DNA of 64,000 bases from an uncultured virus (IMG/VR IMGVR_UViG_3300044630_006877) (Duplodnaviria > Heunggongvirae > Uroviricota > Caudoviricetes): the IMG/VR virus record IMGVR_UViG_3300044630_006877; one strand, given 5' to 3'. The notes under the pieces are model-generated. The model had not been told where the DNA came from and ran no database searches. It saw nothing but the letters and a program-made list of their open reading frames with translations. Positions 54,842-63,245 of the stretch are shown piece by piece. The position numbers and the translations under genes were made by a program. Each line of letters opens with the position of its first letter. The stretch's first letter is position 1.

Positions 54842-56911
54842 TCAAATAACTGAATAGACAGCGTAAACAGAAGCTTCTATCCGTCGACGCTCCTCGGCGG
54901 AAGGCGTCGTCCCCTTGGCCGCGATGAACTTGGAGATCGTCTCCCTGTGCAGGGACTGGATCGGGGCTGGCACCACCATCGCCTTGGAGAGCACTTCCCG
55001 CATCTTCTCCTTGGTCACGTCCTCGCCGACGGAGAACTGGCACAGGGCGGCGAAGCGGAACTCCTCCAGGGCGGCTATCTCCTCGGCGGAAGCCTCGCGC
55101 AGATTCTTCTTGCCGATGCTTTTCAGGTAGGCTGGCTGGGTCAACTCGGAGACCTGCTTGTGTGCCGAGTCTGCCCAAACAAAGGCGGCGGCGTACTCTG
55201 CCTGGGCGGGCTTCTCCGGCTTGATCTCGCGCTTCTGGCGGGGTTGGGTGTCGTTCGATCCCGGCGGACGGCCCTGTCCTGGCTGGCCCTTTGGCTCGTC
55301 GCCGCCAAACGGCTGGCCCTGCGGTGTCGGTGGCTCGCCCGTCGCATCGATGCCGAAATCTTCGGGGGTCATGCGGCCATTCTGGGCGAAGATCTTCTTG
55401 ACGGCTTCCTTGGTGTCCGATGTGAACGGGCCGACCTTGGCGGGGAGATTGCCGTTGTCACGCATGCGTGCCTCGCGACGGGTGCGGACGCGCTCGATCT
55501 CGGGGATCAGGCCGAAACGCTCCTGGAGCGCCTCATCGGAGATCAGGCCGCGGTCTGCCAGGTCAACCAACAGGCGTTGCTGCGCAACCTCGTCGGTCAA
55601 GGTCTGCTTGTCGAAGACCACCTGGGCGGGGAGCCGGAAGCCCATCGCCTGCTGCACGAGACGGATCTCGTTCGACCAGAACTTGATCAGGATTTCCCGA
55701 CCGTACTGCAACCGCTCGACCAGCGTTTGCAGGCTGATGAAGTTGTTGCCGAAACCGCCCGGCGAGGGCAGGCCGGTCAAGCCCGGCGGAATGCCCAACC
55801 CGGCGAAAATGTTGTTCAGGATCGGGCGGTATTTTTCCTCGCCCAGAAACTTGGAGATGTCCGTCGAGGTCTCCTGCAATTGCAGTTCCGGACCCCAGAT
55901 CAGATCGATGGAGCCGCCCCCGACATTGTTCATCAGCATGTCGGCCAGGCGGGCGATGGCGGCTTCGGTGGGCAGGATGCGGTGCTCGAGGCTGCCCAGC
56001 TTCCACAGCCGGATGTACGAGACCGCCCCGTCAAGTGCGGCCAGGTCGGCCAGCTTCATCTTGCGCAGCATGATCAGGTCTTCAAGGATGGCGTAGGTCA
56101 TGGGGCGCGCCCAAACCTGCCAGTCATCGCGCTTGTAATAGATGGCGACCGTCTTGTCGGGGGGCAGCGGGATCATCTTGCCGCCCTGCCTGGCCAGATC
56201 CAGCACCTCGCGGGGGATCTTGGTCATCATCTGCTTCTCGATGGTGACCTCGGGCTTCTTGATTTTCTTGCTGACCATATCGGAAATGCGCACGCCGTAC
56301 CGGAAATACTTCGTGCCCAAAAACGGCGCCAGCTCCTGCCCGAAGACGTCGACGGAAAGCGGGTTGAAGATCGTGTATTCCCACGGGATCTCCATGGCGA
56401 CGGCCTTCTTGGCGATGTCCGTCTTCGTGTCGGCGGCGTGGCCCCGCTGGAGGGTGGCGGCGTCCTCGTCGGAAAGGCGTGCGGTGCTGCGCTTGACCAC
56501 CACATTCCCGGCGCGGTACAGCATGTTCAGCAGCCGTTCGGTGCGCTCCTTGCCGTTGACCTTCAGGAACCATTCCTTGAAAAACTTCTCGATGCGGGGG
56601 TTGGGGTGGACCAGATCGATCCCCTGGCAGGCGAACTCGGCCATCATGTCGATGGTGTTGCGCACGATGCCGATGCGGTCGTAGGCCTGCATGCAGGCGC
56701 CGATGATGTCGATATCCTTGGTGGGTATCTGTTCGCCGGGGCGGAAGAAGTCATAATCGCGGCGGTCGAAGCCTTCACGCACCGACACATTGGGCTGGCT
56801 GACGTTGCGGAAAGTGTTGCCAGCAGTAGTCTTATGCTGAATCACCTCCCCGTCTCGGTAGGCCAGGTCGGCTTGGTCGGAGGTGACGAAAAGTGGCTTC
56901 TTGTCGCTCAT
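54842..56911 (-). CDS. portal protein
   Basis: 689 aa directly after the terminase; portal-like helical segments (IFAGLGIP..., GLISDE). Confidence 0.8.
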   Translation of the reverse strand: MSDKKPLFVTSDQADLAYRDGEVIQHKTTAGNTFRNVSQPNVSVREGFDRRDYDFFRPGEQIPTKDIDIIGACMQAYDRIGIVRNTIDMMAEFACQGIDLVHPNPRIEKFFKEWFLKVNGKERTERLLNMLYRAGNVVVKRSTARLSDEDAATLQRGHAADTKTDIAKKAVAMEIPWEYTIFNPLSVDVFGQELAPFLGTKYFRYGVRISDMVSKKIKKPEVTIEKQMMTKIPREVLDLARQGGKMIPLPPDKTVAIYYKRDDWQVWARPMTYAILEDLIMLRKMKLADLAALDGAVSYIRLWKLGSLEHRILPTEAAIARLADMLMNNVGGGSIDLIWGPELQLQETSTDISKFLGEEKYRPILNNIFAGLGIPPGLTGLPSPGGFGNNFISLQTLVERLQYGREILIKFWSNEIRLVQQAMGFRLPAQVVFDKQTLTDEVAQQRLLVDLADRGLISDEALQERFGLIPEIERVRTRREARMRDNGNLPAKVGPFTSDTKEAVKKIFAQNGRMTPEDFGIDATGEPPTPQGQPFGGDEPKGQPGQGRPPGSNDTQPRQKREIKPEKPAQAEYAAAFVWADSAHKQVSELTQPAYLKSIGKKNLREASAEEIAALEEFRFAALCQFSVGEDVTKEKMREVLSKAMVVPAPIQSLHRETISKFIAAKGTTPSAEERRRIEASVYAVYSVI

Positions 56912-56925
56912 TGCAATTGTATTCC

Positions 56926-59900
56926 CTATGCAGTTGGGTCTGCTAGTTCTACACCGTCACGACCCACCGCCGCGCCGTACTCCCCCCGTGTCGCCTCGAC
57001 GAACCAGGCTGGGCCGATGTACAAATCGCCGTCGGCATCCTTGACCGATGTGGCGAAGCCGCCCACCGGGTGGTATTCCTGCGGGGCGTCTGTGCGCTGG
57101 ATGGTGCGGGCGATGGAGTTGGCCATCAGCAGGGCCGAGTAGCGATCCTTGCGCTGCTTGCCCGCCTTGGAGCCTGGCAGTTTGGCCCCCGGCACATCCC
57201 AGCGATCCCTGCCTCCGGAGGTGGCGGTGTGGACGATGCTCGCCAGTTCATCCTTCAGTTCCTCGATGTCCACGACGGCGTCTTCGAGCGTGTCGTAGAG
57301 CGAGACCTCCTCCCCGTCCTCCAGCACGATGCGTCCGGACGCCTTGTCTTCCTCGTAGGCGAGACCCAGCGCTGCGGTGTCGAAGGCTGGCAACAGCAGG
57401 ACCTTGTCCTCCAGATCCTTGCGCAGCCCATGGTTGGAGTCGACGATCCATTTGCCGTCGGCGAAATTGATCATGCGGATGATGTGCAGGCCCGGTTTGT
57501 TGTCGCTGTCCTTGTACTTCTTCGGGTCGGGATCAATCTCACGCCAGAGCGGCATCTCGCCGTCCTTCAGCTTCTCCAGATCGTGCAGCGATTCCTCGAC
57601 CGTCACGCCGCCGCCCTGCGAGTCGATGCCCAGCACTTCCACGTTCGGGAAGGCGAGCATCAGCTCGCGCAGTTTGCGGGCGCAGAAGGCGTAGAAGTTC
57701 TGTTCCTTGACGACGCCGCGCTTGAGGCGCTCCTTGTGGCTTTTCCGGTTGGTGGTCCAACAATGGACAAGGCGCCGGTGGTCGGGATAGAGAGCAAGGA
57801 CGACGACGGAGAAATGGTCACGCTCTGAGGCCGGATCGACCGCGATCACATGGCAGACATCATCACCCATCAGCGAAGCGGAGAACTCGACCGCCTCCTC
57901 GTTGAGGACGATTGGATTCTCCGAACGCCCCACCACGCACGACTCAATCAGGCTGCGCTTGAAGAAGCCCTCGGAGTCGGTGGCGAACGAGGCCCCGAAC
58001 TCGATCATGTAATTGCTCTTGGAGAGGGTGGCCCGGGCCGACGAGATCTGCTTCTCGTCCATGAAACCGCGCGGCAGCATGTCCACGGGGATGCGGATGA
58101 TCGAGAAGTCCTTCCAGTCGAAGCCTTCGGGCACCGGGCCGTCGAAGATCTCCTCCAGCTTCTTCCTGTCGCCGCAGCTTTCGATGAACGCCTTGTAGGT
58201 CTTCCAGGTCTTGTAGAAGTGGTTGAACGAGTAGTAGGCGGTCCCCGAGATGATGTTCTGGTTGGAGCGCATGATTTTTGCTTCCGCAATATCATCGTCC
58301 TTTGTCCATTGTCCCAGCTTTTTCAAAAGCTGAACGCGAGCCTGGTGTCGTACTCCAGAGGCCGGATCAGCACTCACCGAGGCAAAGCCGCGGACCACAT
58401 TTTGATAAATATCTTCGGGAATGCTATTGTGTTGAACAAATCCATTGGCGACGAAGCGATTACCCTCCGGGAGGTAGTAATCAAAAAGAACCTGCTCGCC
58501 AGGAAGCTCTTCCACCGAGATAACGGGTTGACACGACATTTTCTTTTCTTGAAGAACACAACTGAGTGCTTCCTCGCGAGAATCAAAGCGACCAAGATGT
58601 TTGCTTTTGCCGAAATCAGCGACCCTTGCGGCCCACTTGTTGCGGCTCTTATCCCAAACAACCCCGGCTTCACTCCTGTCAACAGGCTCAACAGCAGCGT
58701 CAACCACTTTCTGCCACTTTGGAATTTGCAACATGTCTACTAATTTGTGGGCGTGTGCTCCATTCAAACGCAGCATCCACTGCGGATTATCGGAAAGTTT
58801 GCTGGCCCTGACTTGGATTGAACTCTTGAGTCCGAGTTTCAACAGCAGTATTTGAGTCTCTCGAACCAATTGTTCTGAAACAGAATAATAGGCGACGCCC
58901 AGATGATTGCAGCGTCCTCTTGATTCAAACAAGAAAGCACTACCGTCACCCTCAAAAAGTCCAGCCAAATAAGAAATAACCACTTGGCGTGGAGATTGAA
59001 GAATTCCAGAAGGTGTTCTTTTATCGTGACATTTGTGATATTCAAGGCCCAGCTTTGCCAGCTTTTGACGAAATTGCTTGTGGTAAAGACTAACCGAATA
59101 CCTTGGCTTACAAACCCAGCCACGCTTGTCGACATAGCCGTCTCGGCTGTAGCGTTTGACTCGCTCGGGCGACACGAAATTACCTAGCTTGTCGGCAAGA
59201 CGATCTAGGCAATCTTTGTCTGTCATCAGCACGGTCGTGATGTGCGGCGACACAACAGCGCCCTCAGAGATCAAAAGCCCGAGACACCAGCTGAGATTTC
59301 CGTCAAGCACAAGATCATCGGCGACCACGGGATTTTTAGGAAATTCGTAAGAGTTGGGCATGGTAAGCATGTCTCCGGCGACAAGATCCCTGCCAAGTTT
59401 CCAGCCTTCACGAGTCAAAACCTGATGAATACCAGAACAAACAAAAGAATAGCCGCTGCGGACAGTCACTTTGTAAGCTTTAGTCGGGGGGGTTTTTATA
59501 AAATGGGCTGGTTCTTCGTAGCCGCGCTCATCACCTGTGTTCAAGCAGAAGTCACGCATGTCTTCTGTTTCTTCGATACGAAACAGACCGCGGTCTGTTT
59601 CCACCAGGGTGCCACGACCAAGACAGGCGAATTCGTCCGCCACTATGTAATTCGCACGCTGGCCGCGAATTTTCTCGCCGTTACCCAACGGGATGGCTAT
59701 ACCAACCGAATCACCGATGATCATCTCGCAGCGGTCGACATCCCGTCTCGGCCCCTGCTCGCGCCCCGCCCGTCCCTTGCCGGTGCCGCACAGATCCCGC
59801 AGGACAGCCCCGTCCGCCCAGACCTTTTCCATGTACTCGAAGATCACCTTCGACTGCCGGAACGATGCGCCGATGACGGCGACCTTGGAACCCTGCGTGA

Positions 59901-60282
59901 AGACCAGGCGCAGCATCGAGTACAAAGCTAGGATAAAGCTTTTTCCCAGACCGCGGCTTCCTATGAGCATCGGAAACGGCCGCATCCAAAGCTCCCGCAG
60001 GATCACATGCTGGAAGGGCATGATGTCGATGCCCATCAGCAGCTTGCAGGTGAACGGGAAGTAATTGGGGTCCCGCATGACCCGCATCAGATCTTCCGGC
60101 TGGATCTCGCGGTGCCCGATTCCGCGCAGGGGATGCGCGGCGTCGACAGGAAGAGAGATCAGGCTCTCCAGCTGGTCCACCGGGGTAGTGGGGGTGACAT
60201 GGGCGATGTCGGTCTCGGACAGGAGCCAGGCGTGCTCAATCAGCCGCTTGATCCGGTCCTGGTCCTTGGGGTGACTTGGCAT
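56926..60282 (-). CDS. terL: terminase large subunit, intein-containing
   Basis: Walker A GSRGLGKS, IRGQRA..., Walker B IVADEF, RNase-H-like nuclease IAVDPA...KDRYSAL; start re-called to ATG 60282. Confidence 0.95.
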   Translation of the reverse strand: MPSHPKDQDRIKRLIEHAWLLSETDIAHVTPTTPVDQLESLISLPVDAAHPLRGIGHREIQPEDLMRVMRDPNYFPFTCKLLMGIDIMPFQHVILRELWMRPFPMLIGSRGLGKSFILALYSMLRLVFTQGSKVAVIGASFRQSKVIFEYMEKVWADGAVLRDLCGTGKGRAGREQGPRRDVDRCEMIIGDSVGIAIPLGNGEKIRGQRANYIVADEFACLGRGTLVETDRGLFRIEETEDMRDFCLNTGDERGYEEPAHFIKTPPTKAYKVTVRSGYSFVCSGIHQVLTREGWKLGRDLVAGDMLTMPNSYEFPKNPVVADDLVLDGNLSWCLGLLISEGAVVSPHITTVLMTDKDCLDRLADKLGNFVSPERVKRYSRDGYVDKRGWVCKPRYSVSLYHKQFRQKLAKLGLEYHKCHDKRTPSGILQSPRQVVISYLAGLFEGDGSAFLFESRGRCNHLGVAYYSVSEQLVRETQILLLKLGLKSSIQVRASKLSDNPQWMLRLNGAHAHKLVDMLQIPKWQKVVDAAVEPVDRSEAGVVWDKSRNKWAARVADFGKSKHLGRFDSREEALSCVLQEKKMSCQPVISVEELPGEQVLFDYYLPEGNRFVANGFVQHNSIPEDIYQNVVRGFASVSADPASGVRHQARVQLLKKLGQWTKDDDIAEAKIMRSNQNIISGTAYYSFNHFYKTWKTYKAFIESCGDRKKLEEIFDGPVPEGFDWKDFSIIRIPVDMLPRGFMDEKQISSARATLSKSNYMIEFGASFATDSEGFFKRSLIESCVVGRSENPIVLNEEAVEFSASLMGDDVCHVIAVDPASERDHFSVVVLALYPDHRRLVHCWTTNRKSHKERLKRGVVKEQNFYAFCARKLRELMLAFPNVEVLGIDSQGGGVTVEESLHDLEKLKDGEMPLWREIDPDPKKYKDSDNKPGLHIIRMINFADGKWIVDSNHGLRKDLEDKVLLLPAFDTAALGLAYEEDKASGRIVLEDGEEVSLYDTLEDAVVDIEELKDELASIVHTATSGGRDRWDVPGAKLPGSKAGKQRKDRYSALLMANSIARTIQRTDAPQEYHPVGGFATSVKDADGDLYIGPAWFVEATRGEYGAAVGRDGVELADPTA
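56950..56955 (-). promoter_or_regulatory. putative late-promoter box GGTGTA upstream of portal
   Basis: Inside the last codons of terL, 39 nt before the portal ATG. Confidence 0.45.
58426..59625 (-). mobile_element. intein (400 aa) with LAGLIDADG homing endonuclease and AP2 domain
   Basis: DEFA|CLGRGTLV start, block B FVCSGIHQV, LGLLISEG and LAGLFEGDG motifs, end FVANGFVQHN|S. Confidence 0.95.
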
Positions 60283-60736
60283 CGAGTACTCTCCGGAAGA
60301 TATGGTGGGCGACATCCATCCCGTGGCGTCCGGCGAGGATGATCTTCACGGGGTACTGGACTTGGAACTCAAGGAGTCTGCGCAGGATGAAGGGGCCGCG
60401 GACGCGGACGAAGGGGATCTTTGACTTGGGAAGACCGGCTCCGTAGGGGAAACGCATGATGTCGTCGAGCGTGAACTCCAGCACCATGAAGGGGAATTCA
60501 AACTCCCGCATCCGCTCCAGTTCCTTGTCAAAGCGGGGCTGGGTGATGTTGGCGGCGAATTCGGCGACCGACCCCTTGCGTTCGATTGTGAGGATATTCT
60601 CATACCCCCTCATCGTGTAGTCGCCCGTCTTCAGCGTGCCGATGTCCATCCCGGCGCACGACTTGCCAGCCCCGAAGGTCCAGCCGTCCTGCTCCCGCGT
60701 GTCCTTGATGACTGTAAAGCGCTCTTCGTTCTTCAT
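60236..60736 (-). CDS. ERCC4/XPF-like nuclease domain protein
   Basis: DTRE...GDY...IERK signature. Confidence 0.85.
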   Translation of the reverse strand: MKNEERFTVIKDTREQDGWTFGAGKSCAGMDIGTLKTGDYTMRGYENILTIERKGSVAEFAANITQPRFDKELERMREFEFPFMVLEFTLDDIMRFPYGAGLPKSKIPFVRVRGPFILRRLLEFQVQYPVKIILAGRHGMDVAHHIFRRVLDAKSPQGPGPDQAAD

Positions 60737-60761
60737 GGTTCCACCAGCCTTCTATGGGTAA

Positions 60762-60767
60762 TACACC
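60762..60767 (-). promoter_or_regulatory. putative late-promoter box GGTGTA
   Basis: Intergenic, upstream of the nuclease/terL genes. Confidence 0.6.
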
Positions 60768-60769
60768 CG

Positions 60770-61615
60770 TTAGTGCTCCCCCAGAATCGTCTCGGCGTTG
60801 AGTACCGGGAGATCCTCTATCCCGTCCTCAAAGTTGTGCGCGGAACCCAGTCGCTTGCCTTCCCTGTCTGCTGCGTTGCGCAGCAGCTCCATGTGCCGCC
60901 CGGCGAACTCCCTCTCGTCTTCATTTTGAAGCCGTCTAATCGTTCCGAGGAACGTCTCTTTGGATGACTCCACGCGCGAAACACGCTGATCCCTCGTCGC
61001 CTTGAGATCCTTGAGCAGCGCCTGATGTTTCTCTTCAAGTTTGATGAACTCGGTCGAGCGTGCGGACTCGGCCGACTTGCAGGCCTGGATCTGGGTTTCC
61101 AATGCCATGACGTATTCGCGGTCGGATTCGGACATGTCGGACGGGTCGCCGAACTTGCGCAGGAATCCGTCGCGGATCGTGGACAGCCTGGTGATGTCTC
61201 CGGCTGCGTTGCGCTTGGCCTTGCTGTTTCTGTGCAGCATGATTTCCAGCTTGATCACCAGGAAGATCTGCGTTTCCTCGGTGACCAGGACGTCTTCGCG
61301 GAACTGGGTCATGTACTGGGCGTATTTTTCCTCGAAGTAAAGCAGTTCGTTGTCGTCAAGTTCGTCGTTGAGCTGACGCCAGGCCATGGTTTGGCGCAGC
61401 TTGTGGCGGACCTCGATAATGACCGCATCGCTTTCGGTTTCGGCTCCCGGTGGTCCGGAGGCGGCGACAGATAGAAGGCTATGTTCGGTCAAGTAGTTGA
61501 GGACTTGCTTTTCCGACCGGCTCAGCTTCTCGGCGATCTGAACCGGCTTCATGCGGGTGGCGTTGGCCCGGATAAAACCCTTTTCGGCGTTGGAAAGTTG
61601 ACCCTTCTTGATCAC
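60770..61615 (-). CDS. putative terminase small subunit (HTH + coiled coil)
   Basis: N-terminal HTH-like QIAEKLSRSEKQV, helical C-terminus, upstream of terL; GTG 61615 overlaps the sigma stop. Confidence 0.45.
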   Translation of the reverse strand: MIKKGQLSNAEKGFIRANATRMKPVQIAEKLSRSEKQVLNYLTEHSLLSVAASGPPGAETESDAVIIEVRHKLRQTMAWRQLNDELDDNELLYFEEKYAQYMTQFREDVLVTEETQIFLVIKLEIMLHRNSKAKRNAAGDITRLSTIRDGFLRKFGDPSDMSESDREYVMALETQIQACKSAESARSTEFIKLEEKHQALLKDLKATRDQRVSRVESSKETFLGTIRRLQNEDEREFAGRHMELLRNAADREGKRLGSAHNFEDGIEDLPVLNAETILGEH

Positions 61616-62172
61616 GACAGAATCTCCCGGATGCACTTCAGGACCATTTCTCTCTTGGCTTTGGGGACGGACTCGCCGCATTTCATGCGGAGGTAGGCCG
61701 ACCGGATTTCGGCGGGCAGGAACATGTCGATCTTGGCGATGATCTCGTCCTTGTTCAGCGACTCGGTGAGGTCCTCGCAGATGGAGTCGACATCGTCGCG
61801 GTCACCGAGATCGACGGGGCGCATCAAACTCTGTTTCGCAGAATTGCGCTTTTTCCAGGCGATGAACTTGGCGCATTGGTTGCCGTCCTCATGGCGCTCA
61901 CCAGCCGAGCAGGGCTGGCACGGCGGGTCGTTGCGGTGGAATCGATCCCGTTTGAAATTGATCAGGCGATTTTTGATGTGCGTGTAGAGGAAGTTGGCCA
62001 GGGGGCGCGATCTGTCGTAGCGAACGACGGCCTCCATGGCGAAGATGAAGGCTTCCTGCCGAATGTCGTCGGAGTCAAAGTAGCCGAAGGCGAAGGATTT
62101 TGCCAAGACGTCGCAGGCTTTGTTGACGGCCTCAAGAAACTCTTTCTCGTTAATACCATCAGGCAGGGCCAC
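61612..62172 (-). CDS. sigma-70 family RNA polymerase sigma factor
   Basis: Region 2 signature DDIRQEA...YDRSRPLANFLYTHIKNRLINFKR; CxxC..H..C insertion; reduced region 4. Confidence 0.85.
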   Translation of the reverse strand: MALPDGINEKEFLEAVNKACDVLAKSFAFGYFDSDDIRQEAFIFAMEAVVRYDRSRPLANFLYTHIKNRLINFKRDRFHRNDPPCQPCSAGERHEDGNQCAKFIAWKKRNSAKQSLMRPVDLGDRDDVDSICEDLTESLNKDEIIAKIDMFLPAEIRSAYLRMKCGESVPKAKREMVLKCIREILS

Positions 62173-62350
62173 GAGGCGACTCCTCGTCTGGATTGCTGTC
62201 TTCGCTCAGGAGTTTGGCGACGACGTGAGAAGGTGGGTCAGGCATTAAAAGCTCTGCCTTGACGATCTCCAGGAGTTCTTTGCCTGGCCTGCTTTTTACC
62301 GTTGACGCTATGTCCTGCGGAGCAGGTTCTTGTGAGTGATCGGTTTCCAT
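62159..62350 (-). CDS. hypothetical protein (63 aa)
   Basis: Overlaps the sigma start; first gene after the GGTGTA box at 62406. Confidence 0.5.
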   Translation of the reverse strand: METDHSQEPAPQDIASTVKSRPGKELLEIVKAELLMPDPPSHVVAKLLSEDSNPDEESPRGPA

Positions 62351-62405
62351 GCCAAATTCCGTAAGTTATTATGGGCAGCCATCTAACAGTAGTAATCTTG
62401 AGGTA

Positions 62406-62411
62406 TACACC
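62406..62411 (-). promoter_or_regulatory. putative late-promoter box GGTGTA at the head of the operon
   Basis: In the divergent intergenic gap upstream of 62350. Confidence 0.55.
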
Positions 62412-62412
62412 C

Positions 62413-62664
62413 ATGATCCAATGGACCGAGCCGATGTACGAGTTCCTGAGGAACAACTTCCAGACAATGGAGGACCGCGAGATCGCGGATTTTTTCACGA
62501 ATGTGTGCGGGGTTCAAGTTAATGTGAGGATGGTCGAACACGCGCGAGCGCGACTAGGACTGACCAAATGGAAGATAGGATCGGGGCAGGCGGGGCGGCC
62601 GGTGCATCCGAAGCTGAGGGAGGCTTGGGTGAGGGCCAAAGGGCCACCGGGAGAGAGTGGGTGA
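62413..62664 (+). CDS. small HTH-like protein
   Basis: W..FLRNNF..MEDREIA...ARARLGL pattern; GAGG RBS before ATG 62413. Confidence 0.55.
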   Translation: MIQWTEPMYEFLRNNFQTMEDREIADFFTNVCGVQVNVRMVEHARARLGLTKWKIGSGQAGRPVHPKLREAWVRAKGPPGESG

Positions 62665-63245
62665 GACTTAGGGGTGTGCGGGCTTGTTGAGTGTGAACCC
62701 CCCGCCGAATTACCCCCTTAGCAGGTAGAAATACTATTAAACTAAAAAACCCCCCCTATGTAGCTAAGCTAACAAAACTATAACAAAACTCAATAAGCAC
62801 CTAAGTACATCTGTTTTATTGTTTTTATTTTGTTAGGCTAACAAAATGGCAAGGCAAAGGGGGGCAAAGGCCCCAAAAACAGCTTCCAAAAACAGTTTTC
62901 ACATTTTTGGCGTATGCCATTTGCCATTGCAAAACAGGCCCCCCAAGGCCTTTTTTTTTATTTGGCCAAAGGCCCCATATTTGAAAAAAGCCGTTTATAG
63001 GCAATTTTAAGCCCCTAGAAACAAATGCGATAAAACTATCGCATTGGTGCGAATATGCCCCTTTTTGGGCGTTGGTTATACAAAATTTTACCAAAAAAAC
63101 TTTGCCATTATGCCATTTTGGCCTATTCGCAAAAGCAAAAATGACGATAATGGGGGGTGGGGGGCTTCCCGGGCTTCCCAATTTTTCCCCCCTATGGTGG
63201 GGGGGTTGAATTCAACCAAAACGGGAAAAAGTGAGAAGTTTTACC
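62665..63245. other. AT-rich, homopolymer- and palindrome-rich non-coding region
   Basis: Abrupt composition change; inverted repeats at 62827-62847, 63024-63045, 63204-63217. Confidence 0.7.

Noticed and set aside
54947..57142. 731-aa plus-strand ORF, and similar long antisense ORFs at 51814-52902, 26013-27218 and 5633-6502
   Set aside because: Antisense shadows of GC3-biased genes (portal, MCP, tube, tail tip); no recognisable motifs.
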